Source: Candidatus Marinacidobacterium sp.
Lineage (GTDB): Bacteria > Acidobacteriota > Vicinamibacteria > Marinacidobacterales > Marinacidobacteraceae
Direction: 5' to 3'
Length of the DNA: 64,000 bases
NCBI GenBank assembly: GCA_965243415.1
Contig: OZ251549.1
Coordinates: 2,555,632 to 2,619,631, forward strand
The notes beneath the pieces are model-generated. The model worked only from the letters and a program-made list of their open reading frames with translations. It was not told the DNA's origin and searched no databases. The position numbers and the translations under genes were made by a program. Position 1 is the first letter of the stretch, and the number at the start of each line of letters is the position of its first letter. Positions 29,893 through 39,916 of this stretch are shown here, piece after piece.

Positions 29893-30960
29893 CTAGTGGA
29901 CCGTAGCGGGAGTTCGGATAGTGATCCGCCGAGAAACATCAGAGTACGTCCACTTGTAGGGCCGGGCGACCTTGTTGTGCTCACGGATGAAGCGAAGGAT
30001 CTTCCGCTCCAGATCCGCAACCGAGGTGAAGATGCCGCGGGCCAGAACATCCCGCTTCAGCTTCGAGAACCACAGTTCGATCTGGTTCAACCACGACGAG
30101 TAGGTCGGCGTGTAGTGGATGTGGAAGTTCGGCTGGGCCGCCACGAAGGCTTTGACCGCCTTCGTCTTGTGGACCGAGAGGTTGTCTGCGATCACGTGGA
30201 TCTCCCGGCCCGGCGGCTGGCTCGCCACGATCTCACCGAGAAAGTCGAGGAACGAGGCTCCGTTGACCCGTTCCACCGTCTTCCCGTGAACCACACCGGT
30301 CTGCGTCTCCAGGGCCGCGATCAGCGACCGGGTGCCATGCCGGTAGTACTCGAAGCCGTGGCGCTCGGCTCGGCCCGGGGACATCGGAAGCACCGGCACC
30401 GTCCGTTCCAGGGCCTGGATCGCCGTCTTCTCGTCCACACTGAAGACGGCTGCGTTCTCCGGAGGGTTCAGATACAGGCCGATGACATCGGCCGCCTTCC
30501 GCTCGAAGTCCGGGTCCTTCGACGCCAGATAGTTCCTCTTCGAGTGCGGCTGGAGGTTCGCGCTCGTCCACACCCGGTGCACCAGGGTGTGGCTGACGCC
30601 GAGGTGTCGCGCCAGGCGCCGCGTGCTCCAGTGCGTGGATCCATCCGGCGGCTTCTCCCGGGTCGTCGCCAGGACCTTCGCCTCCATCTCCGGTGTCTGA
30701 ACCGTCCTCGGCGACCCCGGCGCCCTCCGCGAGGCCAGCGCCGGCACCCGACCTTCCCGGAAGCGCTTTCCCCACTTGTTCACGAAGGCGGGCGTGCAAT
30801 CCAACTTGTTCTGGATCACGGACCACGGCTTCCCCGAGGCGAGCAGGAGAATCACCCGGGCGCGCCGGGCGTCTTCCGCTCTCACGGCGCGAGACTGGAC
30901 GCGCCGGTTGAGCTCGCGTCGTTCCGGTGGTGACAGGATGATGGGATCGCGTCTCCGCAT
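29893..30960 (-). CDS. IS630-family transposase (HTH plus DDE_3)
   Basis: MRRRDPIILSPPERRELNRRVQS...WSVIQNKLDCTPAFVNKWGKRF is the HTH. The DDE region carries VFSVDEKT, IHVIADNLSVHKT and SSWLNQIELWFS. The stop codon TAG is formed by the TA duplication plus the flanking base. Confidence 0.85.
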   Translation of the reverse strand: MRRRDPIILSPPERRELNRRVQSRAVRAEDARRARVILLLASGKPWSVIQNKLDCTPAFVNKWGKRFREGRVPALASRRAPGSPRTVQTPEMEAKVLATTREKPPDGSTHWSTRRLARHLGVSHTLVHRVWTSANLQPHSKRNYLASKDPDFERKAADVIGLYLNPPENAAVFSVDEKTAIQALERTVPVLPMSPGRAERHGFEYYRHGTRSLIAALETQTGVVHGKTVERVNGASFLDFLGEIVASQPPGREIHVIADNLSVHKTKAVKAFVAAQPNFHIHYTPTYSSWLNQIELWFSKLKRDVLARGIFTSVADLERKILRFIREHNKVARPYKWTYSDVSRRITIRTPATVH

Positions 30961-31001
30961 GGGAGAAGCATACCAGTATTCCATATGTTGTTACGATCCA
31001 C
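29896..31001. mobile_element. IS630-family insertion sequence (~1.1 kb) with ~16-bp terminal inverted repeats and TA target duplication inside a CTAG site
   Basis: Left end is TA|GTGGACCGTAGC; right end is GTTACGATCCAC|TA, with flanks ...gatgc / gccggggg that rebuild a CTAG target. It contains one intact transposase ORF. Confidence 0.75.
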
Positions 31002-31059
31002 TAGCCGGGGGCTGCGACGAATCCGGTCACCCCCGGGGGCCGGCCGGGCGCCCGCCGGC

Positions 31060-33462
31060 TCAGCGGTCGGCGCCGGGGCCGCTCGTCGGTTCCGTCCCCG
31101 CCAGGAACGCCTCGACGATGGTGTTCGGGCCCGGCGCGGCCGGCTGCCCGCTCTCCAGGTCCACCGGCACCAGCGCCACATTCCGGGGCGCGCCGAACGC
31201 CTCCGCCGGGGCGCCGCCGCGGACGGCCTCCATGAACCAGGTCCACGCCGGGAGCGCCACCCGGGCGCCGCTCTCCTTCTCCCCCAGCGTCCGGCTGGGC
31301 TGGTCGTGGCCCACCCAGACCCCGGCGGCGATCTCGGTGTCGAAGCCGATGAACCAGGCGTCGGTGAAGTCGTTCGTGGTCCCGGTCTTCCCGGCGATGG
31401 GCCGCCCCAGCCGCCGCGCCCCCACCGCGGTCCCCCGCGCCACCACCCCCTGCAGCAGGTGGGTCACCACGTACGCCAGGTCGGCCCGGATGACCGAGGC
31501 GGTCTCCGGATAGAAGGTCTCCAGTTCGCGCCCGTCCCGGTCGGTGATCCGGGTGATGAAGTAGGGCGCCATCCGCACCCCCCGGTTCGGGAAAGCGCTG
31601 TACGCGGACACCATCTCCTGCAGCGAGACATCGGCGGAGCCCAGCGTGATCGAGAGCACCGGCAGCAGGTCGCTGCTGATGCCCAGCCGCCGCGCGAACT
31701 CCACCACCCGTTCCGGGCCCACTTCGTGGACCATCCGCACCGCCGGCACATTCCGGGAGCCCTCGAACGCCTGCCGCATGGTGATCCAGCCGCGGTGCTC
31801 CTCGTCGTAGTTCTGCGGCTCGTACACCGCCCGGGTGACCGGGTCGGTGTAGGAGAAGGGCTGGTCGAGGATGAGCGACGCCGGGGAGAACCGCCCGGTC
31901 GCCAGCGCCGCGCCGTAGGCGAACGGCTTGAAGGAGGACCCGGCCTGGCGGCGCGCCTGGGTGGCCCGGTTGAACTCGCTGCGGTCGAAGTCGAACCCGC
32001 CGACCAGCGCCCGCACCGCCCCGGTCTCGATCTCCAGGGCGAGGAAGGCGCCCTCCGCCTGCGGCTCCTGGTCGAGCGCCACCCGCAGCAGCGTCCGGCA
32101 CTCCGGCGGCAGCGGCGGCCCCTCGGCCTCTTCCTCCTCCGTTCGCGGCGGCAGCAGGCGGAAAGAGCCCGCATCGCCGACCCGGAACAACCGCTCCGGG
32201 CGCTCGAAGGTCCAGGCCAGCGAGCCGGTGTCCAGGCACGCCGGGCGGCCGCCGACGCGGATGCGGGGATTCGTCCCCGCTTCGGTCACCACGCCCCGGA
32301 CCACATCGCCGGGCCGCGCGGACGCGGTGCGCGAGTCGGGCGGGAAGTCCTCGAGCGTCCGCCCCTCGTCGAGCAGGTTCCGCTCGAAGCCCCGGAACCC
32401 CCGGCGCTTGTCGTGGGCCCGGAGCGCCCGCTCCACCGCGTCTTCGGCGGCCTGCTGCATCCCGGCGTCGAGGGTGGTGTACACCCGCAGCCCCCCCTCC
32501 CGGGTCCGCGCGCCGCCGTAGTCCCGCCGCAGCCGCAGCCGCACCATCTCCAGGAAGTGCGCGCCCAGGCGCTCCCCGCCGCGCGCCCGCAGCCGCACCG
32601 GTTCCGCCTGCGCCGCCGCCGCCGCTTCGCCCGTCAGGTAGCCGTCCTCGACCATGCGCCGGAGCACCCGGTCCCGCATCCGCACCGCCTGCTCCACGCT
32701 GCGGAAAGGGTTGTAGCGCGCCGGGTTGGGGGCGACCCCGACCAGCATCGCCGCTTCCCCGACGGTGAGTTCGGCGGCGCTCTTGTCGAAGTAGTCCCGG
32801 GCCGCCGCCCCCACGCCGTCGTTGCTGTTGCCGAGGTGCACCAGGTTCGCGTAGTGGGTCAGGATCTCCGGTTTGGTGTAGGCGCGCTCGATCTCGGCGG
32901 CGGTGATCGCTTCCCGGATCTTCCGTTCCAGGGTGGGCGCCCGTTCGTCGAAGAGTTCGCGGGCCACCTGCTGGGTGATGGTGCTGGCGCCCTGGACGGT
33001 CCGGCCCGCCCGGAAGTTGCTCCACGCCGCCCGCGCGATGCCGAGCGGGTCGAACCCGTGGTGTCCCCAGAACCGTTTGTCCTCGGAGGCGACGAGCGCG
33101 TCCCGGAGGTGCTGGGGCAGGTCGTCGTAGCCGAGCACGATCCGGCGCTGGTCCTCGCTGCGGAATTGGCCGAGTTCGACGCCGTTCCGGTCGTACACGA
33201 TGCTGGTCGCGCCTTCCCGGGCCAGCGCCTGCTCGATGCGCTCGATGACGCCGATGTCGCTCTGGTACGCGGCGAGCAGACCGATCATGACCCCGGCCAC
33301 GGCGGCGCCGCAGAAGAGGGCGCCGACGATGATCCGCCGGGCCAGCGCGCGGCCCCGGGGGGCGGCGGCTCCTTTCGTGGCGCCGGCCCTCTTCCCCGCG
33401 GTTCCCTTCGCGGAGGAGTTCTCCCCGGAGGCGGACGAGGAGGAAGTCCGGCGTCGGGGCAT
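31060..33462 (-). CDS. mrcA: penicillin-binding protein 1A (class A PBP, transglycosylase/transpeptidase)
   Basis: Glycosyltransferase motifs EDKRFWGHHGFD and GASTITQQ. Transpeptidase motifs SSFKPF, SRN and KTGTT. N-terminal TM anchor. Confidence 0.9.
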   Translation of the reverse strand: MPRRRTSSSSASGENSSAKGTAGKRAGATKGAAAPRGRALARRIIVGALFCGAAVAGVMIGLLAAYQSDIGVIERIEQALAREGATSIVYDRNGVELGQFRSEDQRRIVLGYDDLPQHLRDALVASEDKRFWGHHGFDPLGIARAAWSNFRAGRTVQGASTITQQVARELFDERAPTLERKIREAITAAEIERAYTKPEILTHYANLVHLGNSNDGVGAAARDYFDKSAAELTVGEAAMLVGVAPNPARYNPFRSVEQAVRMRDRVLRRMVEDGYLTGEAAAAAQAEPVRLRARGGERLGAHFLEMVRLRLRRDYGGARTREGGLRVYTTLDAGMQQAAEDAVERALRAHDKRRGFRGFERNLLDEGRTLEDFPPDSRTASARPGDVVRGVVTEAGTNPRIRVGGRPACLDTGSLAWTFERPERLFRVGDAGSFRLLPPRTEEEEAEGPPLPPECRTLLRVALDQEPQAEGAFLALEIETGAVRALVGGFDFDRSEFNRATQARRQAGSSFKPFAYGAALATGRFSPASLILDQPFSYTDPVTRAVYEPQNYDEEHRGWITMRQAFEGSRNVPAVRMVHEVGPERVVEFARRLGISSDLLPVLSITLGSADVSLQEMVSAYSAFPNRGVRMAPYFITRITDRDGRELETFYPETASVIRADLAYVVTHLLQGVVARGTAVGARRLGRPIAGKTGTTNDFTDAWFIGFDTEIAAGVWVGHDQPSRTLGEKESGARVALPAWTWFMEAVRGGAPAEAFGAPRNVALVPVDLESGQPAAPGPNTIVEAFLAGTEPTSGPGADR

Positions 33463-33611
33463 CGTTCAGGCCAGCCGCGGCGGGCGGCGTCCGGAGTCCG
33501 GCTGTCCCGCCCGGCGGGTGCTCCGGGCGCGGCGGGCCGGCGGGAAGGGGATCGACCCCCGGTGGTCGGCGGGGCCGGCGCCGATCACCGGGCGGAGCGG
33601 CGGGAGGGGGA

Positions 33612-34565
33612 TCAACCCTTGCCGAACAGGGCCGCGAGGGCCTCGTCGAGATCGGGGTGGCGGAACTCGAACCCGGCGTCGAGCAACCGGCGCGGCACCG
33701 CCCGCTGGCCGCTCAGGAGCAGCGCGTCGGCCATCTCGCCGAACAGCAGCCGCATCGCGAACCCGGGCGCCGGGAACGGGGTCGGCCGCCGCAGCGCGCG
33801 CCCCAGCGCCTTCGTGAACGCGGCGTTCGTCACCGGCGTCGGCGCGGTCAGGTTGTACGCCGGCGCCAGCGAACCCGCCGGGGCGTCGAGCAGCGTCCGG
33901 AAGGCGCGGGCCACATCCTCGACCTGGATCCAGGGCATCCACTGCCGCCCGTCGCCCAGCCGGCCGCCGAGACCGAACCGGAACGGCGGGAGCATCTTGG
34001 CGAGCGCCCCGCCGTCCGCGGCGAGCACCAGCCCGATCCGGAGCGCGGCGGTCTCCACCCCGTGCTCCCGGGCGGCGCCGCTCGCCGCTTCCCAGGCCAG
34101 GCAGACCTCGCTCAGGAAGCCGTCGCCGGGCGCTGCTTCTTCGTCGAGTTCCTCGTCGCCGCGGGCGCCGTAGTAGCCGACCGCCGAGGCCGCGAGCAGC
34201 CGTTTCGGGCGTCCGCCGGACCCCGCCGGCAGCCGTCCCAGGGCTTCGACCAGCGTGGCGGTCCCGCGCACGCGGCTCTCCCGGATGCGCCGCCGCCGCT
34301 CCGCGCTCCAGCGGGCCCCCACCGGTTCGCCGGCCAGGTGGACGACGGCGTCGAGCCCGGCCAGCGCGGCATCGAGTTCGCTCGCCCCGGCCCCGCCGAG
34401 CGGATCCCAGCGCGCGGTTTCGACTCCGGCGGGAAGGCCGGGAGGACGCTTCTCGCTGCGGGTGAAGGCGACCACCTCCCGTTCGGACGCGCCTTCGCCG
34501 CCCGTCAACTCGCGGACCAGCGCGCCGCCGATGAGCCCGGTGGCGCCGGTGATCCCGATGCGCAT
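33612..34565 (-). CDS. TIGR01777-family NAD-dependent epimerase/dehydratase (SDR39U1-like, DUF1731 C-terminus)
   Basis: MRIGITGATGLIGGALVREL is a Rossmann GxxGxxG motif. The C-terminal region matches the TIGR01777 tail (PAPGFAMRLLFGEMADALLLSGQRAVPRRLLDAGFEFRHPDLDEAL). Confidence 0.8.
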   Translation of the reverse strand: MRIGITGATGLIGGALVRELTGGEGASEREVVAFTRSEKRPPGLPAGVETARWDPLGGAGASELDAALAGLDAVVHLAGEPVGARWSAERRRRIRESRVRGTATLVEALGRLPAGSGGRPKRLLAASAVGYYGARGDEELDEEAAPGDGFLSEVCLAWEAASGAAREHGVETAALRIGLVLAADGGALAKMLPPFRFGLGGRLGDGRQWMPWIQVEDVARAFRTLLDAPAGSLAPAYNLTAPTPVTNAAFTKALGRALRRPTPFPAPGFAMRLLFGEMADALLLSGQRAVPRRLLDAGFEFRHPDLDEALAALFGKG

Positions 34566-34910
34566 CTCCCGCCGCCTTTCCGCCGATTCTAACAGCCGCC
34601 CGGGCCGCTCCCGGGCGCCCGCCGGGGGTCGCCGCCGGGCCGCCGCGGGCGTCCGCCGCCGCTCGCGCCGCCCCGCCGACCGCGCCGTGTTCGGGGCGCC
34701 CGGGACGCGTGACCGACGGGTCGTTGCCGGCAGCCGGACGCCGATTCTCGTCGCCGCTCCCGCTCTCCTCCGGTCCGTCTCCCGGGCGGAGTCCCGACCA
34801 GCGGCCACGGGTTCGCTCCGGGGAACGGTGCCGAGCCGCTTCGGGCCCCGGTCACCGAGTCCCGGCGGCACGGGAACGCCACTCGGAAGCAGGCGTACCC
34901 CTCCGGCGGA

Positions 34911-36882
34911 CGCGGCCGAAGTTCCAGAGCGGTGAGGCCACAGAACCGTTGTAGTTCTTGGGGTGCGGGGCATTTCCGGAGTTCCGGCTCTGGCTACGAC
35001 AGGGCGGAGACGCCGAGGAGGTCGAAGGCCCGGCTCTGGACCGGGGTGAGATCGGTGATCTGATCGAAGGTGTGCTCGGTGCCGGGGAAGCGCATGGTCA
35101 ACCGGCTGAGGGCGCCGAGGTTCCGAAGCAGCGTGGCGTAGGAGTGCAGGGCCAGCCCGTCTTCGGTCTTGCGGGCGGCGGTCTTGGCCCGGGTCTGGGG
35201 CGAACGGACCGCGGGCGCCACCACCGAGGAACGGGCGGCCCGGGCGGCGGCCGGGTCTTCTTCCTGGAAGAGGAGCGGAGCCAGGCGGCGGCGAAGGTGC
35301 CATTCCAGGTGGTAGGCCAGCATCCGCAGGAAGAAGTGCGCCCGCACCCGGTCCGGGCGCCGGTGGTGGATGGGGCGCACCTGCAGGGAGAAGGTCTTGA
35401 AGCAGCGGAAGGCCGTTTCCACCACGCCCAGCCGTTTGTAGGCGGCCACGGCCCGGGGGCCGTCGAGGTCCGCTTCGGGCACATTGGTGCGCACCACATA
35501 GAAGCCGTCGAGGTCCGCTTCGGCAGCAATACGCTCCTCGCGGCGCCGGTAGGCGAAGTGTCCGCGCCCGGTCTCGATCTCGAAGAACTTGCGCGTCCGG
35601 TAGCGGTCCAGGATGCGGGTGGAACGCTCGATGATGGCCCTTTCGCTGCGCAGCGGCGAACTGGCCCGCCGGGTAGCTTCGACCAGTTTCTCCAGGCCCG
35701 CCTCGGTGGCCGCCAACAACTCTTCCCGCCGGCGCCGGCGATCGCCCGCCGTCCGGGGGTTGCGGCAAACGACCAGTCGTTCTCCCGGGAACTCCGGCGA
35801 CCGCACTTCCGCCAGATCCCGCTCCTCGAACAGCGACGGCTGCACCGTCCCGCCGCGGAACAACTCCCGGATGTCGGCGCGGCGCAGCGCGGTGATCCAC
35901 GAAAGCCCTTCCAAACCGATCAGGTCCTCCCGGATCCGGGCGTCGGTCAGCATCCCCCGGTCCCCCACCAGCACCACCCGCCGCAGGCCGAACCGCTCCC
36001 GCACCTTCTCCACCTGCGCCGAGAGCGTCTTCGGATCGGCGGTGTTCCCCTCGAACACCTCCACCGCCACCGGGCACCCTTCCTCGGAGCACAGCACCCC
36101 GAACACCACCTGCAGCGTCCCGCGCTTGCCGTCCCGGCTGTAACCCCGCGCCGCCAGCGGGCAGCGGCGGCCGGTGAACCAGCTGGAGCTCACGTCGTAG
36201 AGGACGATCGAACCTTCGCTCAGGTGTTTGCGCGCCAGCCGGGTCTCGACGGCGGCCTGGCGCCGTCCCAGCCAGTCCAGGGCGGCGTAGAGGTCGTTCT
36301 CGTCCACGCGGCCCAGGTCGAGCAGCGAGCCCAGGGTGGAGGTGGCGGTCGGGGGGTTCAGGGTTCGGGCGGTGGCCAGTTTGGGGAGCGGATCGAGGGC
36401 GCTGGCGACGATGAGGGCCACCGCCAGGTCGCGTTCCCGGGAGCGTCGGGCGGCGAGGGTCCGGTCGAGGCCCAACCGGCGCAGCGTTCCGAGGGCGGCG
36501 GCGGCGTGGCCGTGGGGGAGGGAGCGTTCGGAGCGCAGGGCCAAGCCGGCGGGGACCAAGTCTTCGCCGCGGAGGGCCCGGGCGATGACCTCGATGAGGT
36601 AGGGCGAGAGGTGGGTGATGTTGCCGAAGGTGCGGTGCTTGACCTTCGGGCCTTCGCGGAAGGAGCGTCGGAGGAGGACGGAGGTGTAGGTCTTCCCGTT
36701 CTGCCTGCTCTTGATCCTGGCCACATGTCCGGGGCTCTTCCTGCGGGGCATTTCGGGGGATTTTCGCAGGGAATGGGGGCGATGTCAAGCATATTACTGG
36801 CTACAAAATGACGCCGGGATCGGGCGGAAACCGATGGCGCCCAACGGCTTGAGGCCATTTCCCGGCTGGAACTTCGGACGCG
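34911..36882. mobile_element. IS1634-family insertion sequence (~1.97 kb) bounded by ~22-bp inverted repeats
   Basis: Left arm is cgcggccgaagttccagagcgg at 34911. Reverse complement of the right arm at 36861 is cgcgtccgaagttccagccggg (19/22). It encloses a 585-aa transposase. No clear target duplication resolved. Confidence 0.65.
34994..36751 (-). CDS. IS1634-family (IS4-related) DDE transposase
   Basis: 585 aa starting MPRRKSPGHVARIKSRQNGKTYTS. Contains GLRRVVLVGDRGM, DGFYVVRTN and HFFLRMLAYHLEWHLRRRL, the family-typical blocks. Confidence 0.85.
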   Translation of the reverse strand: MPRRKSPGHVARIKSRQNGKTYTSVLLRRSFREGPKVKHRTFGNITHLSPYLIEVIARALRGEDLVPAGLALRSERSLPHGHAAAALGTLRRLGLDRTLAARRSRERDLAVALIVASALDPLPKLATARTLNPPTATSTLGSLLDLGRVDENDLYAALDWLGRRQAAVETRLARKHLSEGSIVLYDVSSSWFTGRRCPLAARGYSRDGKRGTLQVVFGVLCSEEGCPVAVEVFEGNTADPKTLSAQVEKVRERFGLRRVVLVGDRGMLTDARIREDLIGLEGLSWITALRRADIRELFRGGTVQPSLFEERDLAEVRSPEFPGERLVVCRNPRTAGDRRRRREELLAATEAGLEKLVEATRRASSPLRSERAIIERSTRILDRYRTRKFFEIETGRGHFAYRRREERIAAEADLDGFYVVRTNVPEADLDGPRAVAAYKRLGVVETAFRCFKTFSLQVRPIHHRRPDRVRAHFFLRMLAYHLEWHLRRRLAPLLFQEEDPAAARAARSSVVAPAVRSPQTRAKTAARKTEDGLALHSYATLLRNLGALSRLTMRFPGTEHTFDQITDLTPVQSRAFDLLGVSALS

Positions 36883-36949
36883 GACAGCGCGCCGGCGGAG
36901 CCGGGTGTCGGCGCCGGTGGCCGGAGAAGCTCGATCGCTGCCGGGACCG

Positions 36950-37645
36950 GGTGTCGATCGAGTCCCGAACCGGGCGTCGGTCGAAGCCGCCGGGAGTGGC
37001 CTCGGTCGAAACCGTGCCGGAGTCGGGGAGCGGGCCCGGGTCGAACGGGGCGGGGGGTGGTGGTCGAGGGTCGGGCGGGGGCGTTCGTCGAGCGGGGACC
37101 GAAGCGGGGCGGGCGCCGCTCGAAGCCCGCTCGGGCGCGTTCGGCGCCATCGGTCGAAGCCATCGGTCGAAGCCGGGAACCTCGGGTCGACCGGGGCGGG
37201 GGGTGCCGGTCGAAGGTCGGGCGGAGGGCGTTCGTCGAGCGGGGACCGAAGTCGGGGCGGGCGCCGCTCGAATCCCGGTCGTTCGCGTTCGGCGCCAACG
37301 GTCGAAGCCATCGGTCGAAGCCATCGGTCGAAGCGGGGAGGCTCGGTCGAACGGGGCGGGGGCGTGACGGTAGAAGGTCGGGCGGGGGCGTTCGTCGAGC
37401 GGGGGCCGAAGTCGGGGCAGGCGCCGCTCGAATCCCGGTCGTTCGCGTTCGGCGCCAACGGTCGAAGCCATCGGTCGAAGCCATCGGTCGAAGTCGGGAG
37501 CCTCGGTCGAACGGGGCGGGGGCGTGACGGTCGAAGGCGGGGCGGGGGCGTTCGCCGGGCGGGGACCGAAGTGGGGGCGGGCGCCGCCCGAAGCCCGGTC
37601 GTTCGCGGTCGGCGCCGACAGTCAGCCATCGGTCGAAGCCGGGGT
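36950..37645. repeat. ~175-bp tandem repeat x ~4 (with internal ggtcgaagccatc sub-repeats) directly abutting the IS1634 right end and upstream of the S9 peptidase gene
   Basis: Unit ggcgccaacggtcgaagccatcggtcgaagccatcggtcgaagcggggag...ggcgttcgtcgagcggggaccgaagtcggggcgggcgccgctcgaatcccggtcgttcgcgttc recurs at ~37140, 37290 and 37470, plus a diverged copy at 36950. Overlapping ORFs on both strands are repetitive low-complexity artefacts. Confidence 0.85.
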
Positions 37646-37700
37646 CTTTGTTGAAGCCGAAGGCCGCCGGGGGGAGAATCCGCAGCGCAGGAGGGCTTCC

Positions 37701-39812
37701 ATGCTCCGACTCCGTTCCTCTTCCGTCCCCGTCCGCCTCCGCCGCCTCGCCGCCGGGTTTGCGGCGCTGCCCGCCGCCGTCGGCCTCGCCGTCGCCGCCG
37801 CTTCCCCGGCCCCGGCCCAGGAGAAGCGGTCCATGAGCATCGTCGAGATGATCGACATTCCCGGCGTCGGCAGCCCCCGCCTCTCCCCGGACGGCTCCCA
37901 GATCCTCTACACCCGCTCCGACACCGACTGGAAGAAGAACGGCCGCACCACCCACCTCCACCGCATCGAAGCCGACGGCAGCGGCGCGGTGCAGTTGACG
38001 AACGGCGAACACGGCGAATCCCACCCCCGCTGGTCGCCGGACGGCTCCCGCGTCGCCTTCCTCGCCCGCCGCGGCGAGAGCCCGTTCACCCAGATCTTCG
38101 TCATGCGCAACCGCGGCGGGGAAGCGGCCCCGCTCACGGAGCACGAGAGTTCGGTGCAGTCCTTCGAATTCTCCCCGGACGGCGATTCCATCTTCTTCGT
38201 CGCCCCCGATCCGAAGACCCCCGAAGAGAAGAAGAAGGACGACCTGCAGGACGATGTCTTCGCCTTCGACGAGGACTACAAACAGCGCCACCTCTGGAAG
38301 ATCGCCGCGGATTCGGAGTCCGGCGAGGCCGAGCGCATCACCGAAGGCGACTACTCGATCGTCGGCTTCCGCCTCTCCGACGACGGCGCCCGCATCGCCC
38401 ATTCCCGCGCCCCCTCGCCGCTCTACGACAACCGCGACGAAGGCGAAGTCTGGATCATGGACGCGGACGGCGGCAACGCGCTGCAACTCACCGACAACAC
38501 CGTCTCCGAACGCGGCGCCCAACTCTCCCCCGACGGCGGCACGGTGCTCTTCCTCTCCGATTCGAGCACCGACTTCGAGACCTACTTCAACGACAACATA
38601 TTCCTGGTCCCGGCGACCGGCGGCCCCCACCGGATGCTCTACGAAGCCATGCCCCACGAAGTGCAGGCGGCGACCTGGGCCCCCGACGGCTCCCTCTATT
38701 TCACCGCGAACACCGGCGTCCGCTCCCAACTCTTCCACGCCGGCGTGGACGACGCGGAACCCCGCGCCCTGACGAGCGGCGACCATACCCTCACCGGCTG
38801 GAGTTTCCGCGCCTCTGCCGGCGAACATGTCTTCGGTATCAACCGGCGGGAGAACGCCGGCGATATCCACCGCCTCCCGGCGAACGGCGGCGAACCGGTC
38901 GAGGTCACGAGCGTCTTCGACTACCTCGAAGAAACCTTCGTCCTGCCGATCCAGAAGGCGGTCCGCTGGCCGGGCGAGGACGGCGTGGAAGTCGAAGGCC
39001 TCCTCTTCCTCCCGCACGACCACGAAGAGGGCCGGCGCTACCCCCTCGTCGTCCAGACCCACGGCGGCCCGGCGGCCTCGGACAAGTTCTCCTACGGACG
39101 GTGGAGCAGTTACCCCCAGGTCCTCACCGGGCGCGGCTACGCGGTGTTCAAGCCCAACTACCGGGGCAGCACCGGCTACGGCGACGACTTCCTCCGCGAC
39201 ATGGTGGGCCACTACTTCCACCAGGCCCATCTCGATGTGATGACCGGCGTGGACTACCTGATCGCCGAAGGAATCGTGGACGGCGACCGCATGGCCAAGA
39301 TGGGCTGGAGCGGCGGCGGCCACATGACGAACAAGATCATCACCCACACCGACCGCTTCAAGGCGGCCAGTTCCGGCGCCGGGGCGGTGAACTGGATCTC
39401 CATGTACGGCCAGAGCGATGTGCGCATCTACCGCACGCCCTGGTTCGGCGGCACCCCCTGGCAGGAGGACGCCCCCATAGACACCTACTGGGGCCACTCC
39501 CCGCTCAAGGACATCTACAGGGTCACCACCCCGACCATCGTCCTCGTCGGCGAGAACGATGTCCGCGTCCCGCCCCCGCAGTCCGTCGAACTCTACCGGG
39601 CGCTCAAGACGAACGGCGTGGAGACCCACCTCTACATCGCCCCCCGGGAACCCCACGGCTGGCGCGAACTCCGCCATGAACTCTTCAAGGTGAATGTGGA
39701 GATCGACTGGTTCGAACGCCATGTCCGCGGAATGGACTACGAATGGGAGACCGCCCCCGAAACCGGCGACGACGACGAGGAAGCCACGGAAACCGACGAA
39801 AACGGCCACTGA
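37701..39812 (+). CDS. S9 family peptidase (prolyl oligopeptidase/acylaminoacyl-peptidase type; beta-propeller plus alpha/beta hydrolase)
   Basis: Start MLRLRSSS with SD GGAGGG and a signal peptide. Propeller repeats (SPDGSQILY, SPDGSRVAF, SPDGDSIFF). Catalytic domain with GWSGGG (Ser nucleophile), plus downstream GENDVRVP (Asp) and REPHGW (His). Confidence 0.85.
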   Translation: MLRLRSSSVPVRLRRLAAGFAALPAAVGLAVAAASPAPAQEKRSMSIVEMIDIPGVGSPRLSPDGSQILYTRSDTDWKKNGRTTHLHRIEADGSGAVQLTNGEHGESHPRWSPDGSRVAFLARRGESPFTQIFVMRNRGGEAAPLTEHESSVQSFEFSPDGDSIFFVAPDPKTPEEKKKDDLQDDVFAFDEDYKQRHLWKIAADSESGEAERITEGDYSIVGFRLSDDGARIAHSRAPSPLYDNRDEGEVWIMDADGGNALQLTDNTVSERGAQLSPDGGTVLFLSDSSTDFETYFNDNIFLVPATGGPHRMLYEAMPHEVQAATWAPDGSLYFTANTGVRSQLFHAGVDDAEPRALTSGDHTLTGWSFRASAGEHVFGINRRENAGDIHRLPANGGEPVEVTSVFDYLEETFVLPIQKAVRWPGEDGVEVEGLLFLPHDHEEGRRYPLVVQTHGGPAASDKFSYGRWSSYPQVLTGRGYAVFKPNYRGSTGYGDDFLRDMVGHYFHQAHLDVMTGVDYLIAEGIVDGDRMAKMGWSGGGHMTNKIITHTDRFKAASSGAGAVNWISMYGQSDVRIYRTPWFGGTPWQEDAPIDTYWGHSPLKDIYRVTTPTIVLVGENDVRVPPPQSVELYRALKTNGVETHLYIAPREPHGWRELRHELFKVNVEIDWFERHVRGMDYEWETAPETGDDDEEATETDENGH

Positions 39813-39916
39813 CCGCCTGACCTCCCACCGGCCGGCGCCCCTCCCGCGCCGGCCGACCCCTCTCGACCTCGCGCCCCGACCCGGGAACGCTCCCCCCGAC
39901 CGCCGGCCAGCGCGCC

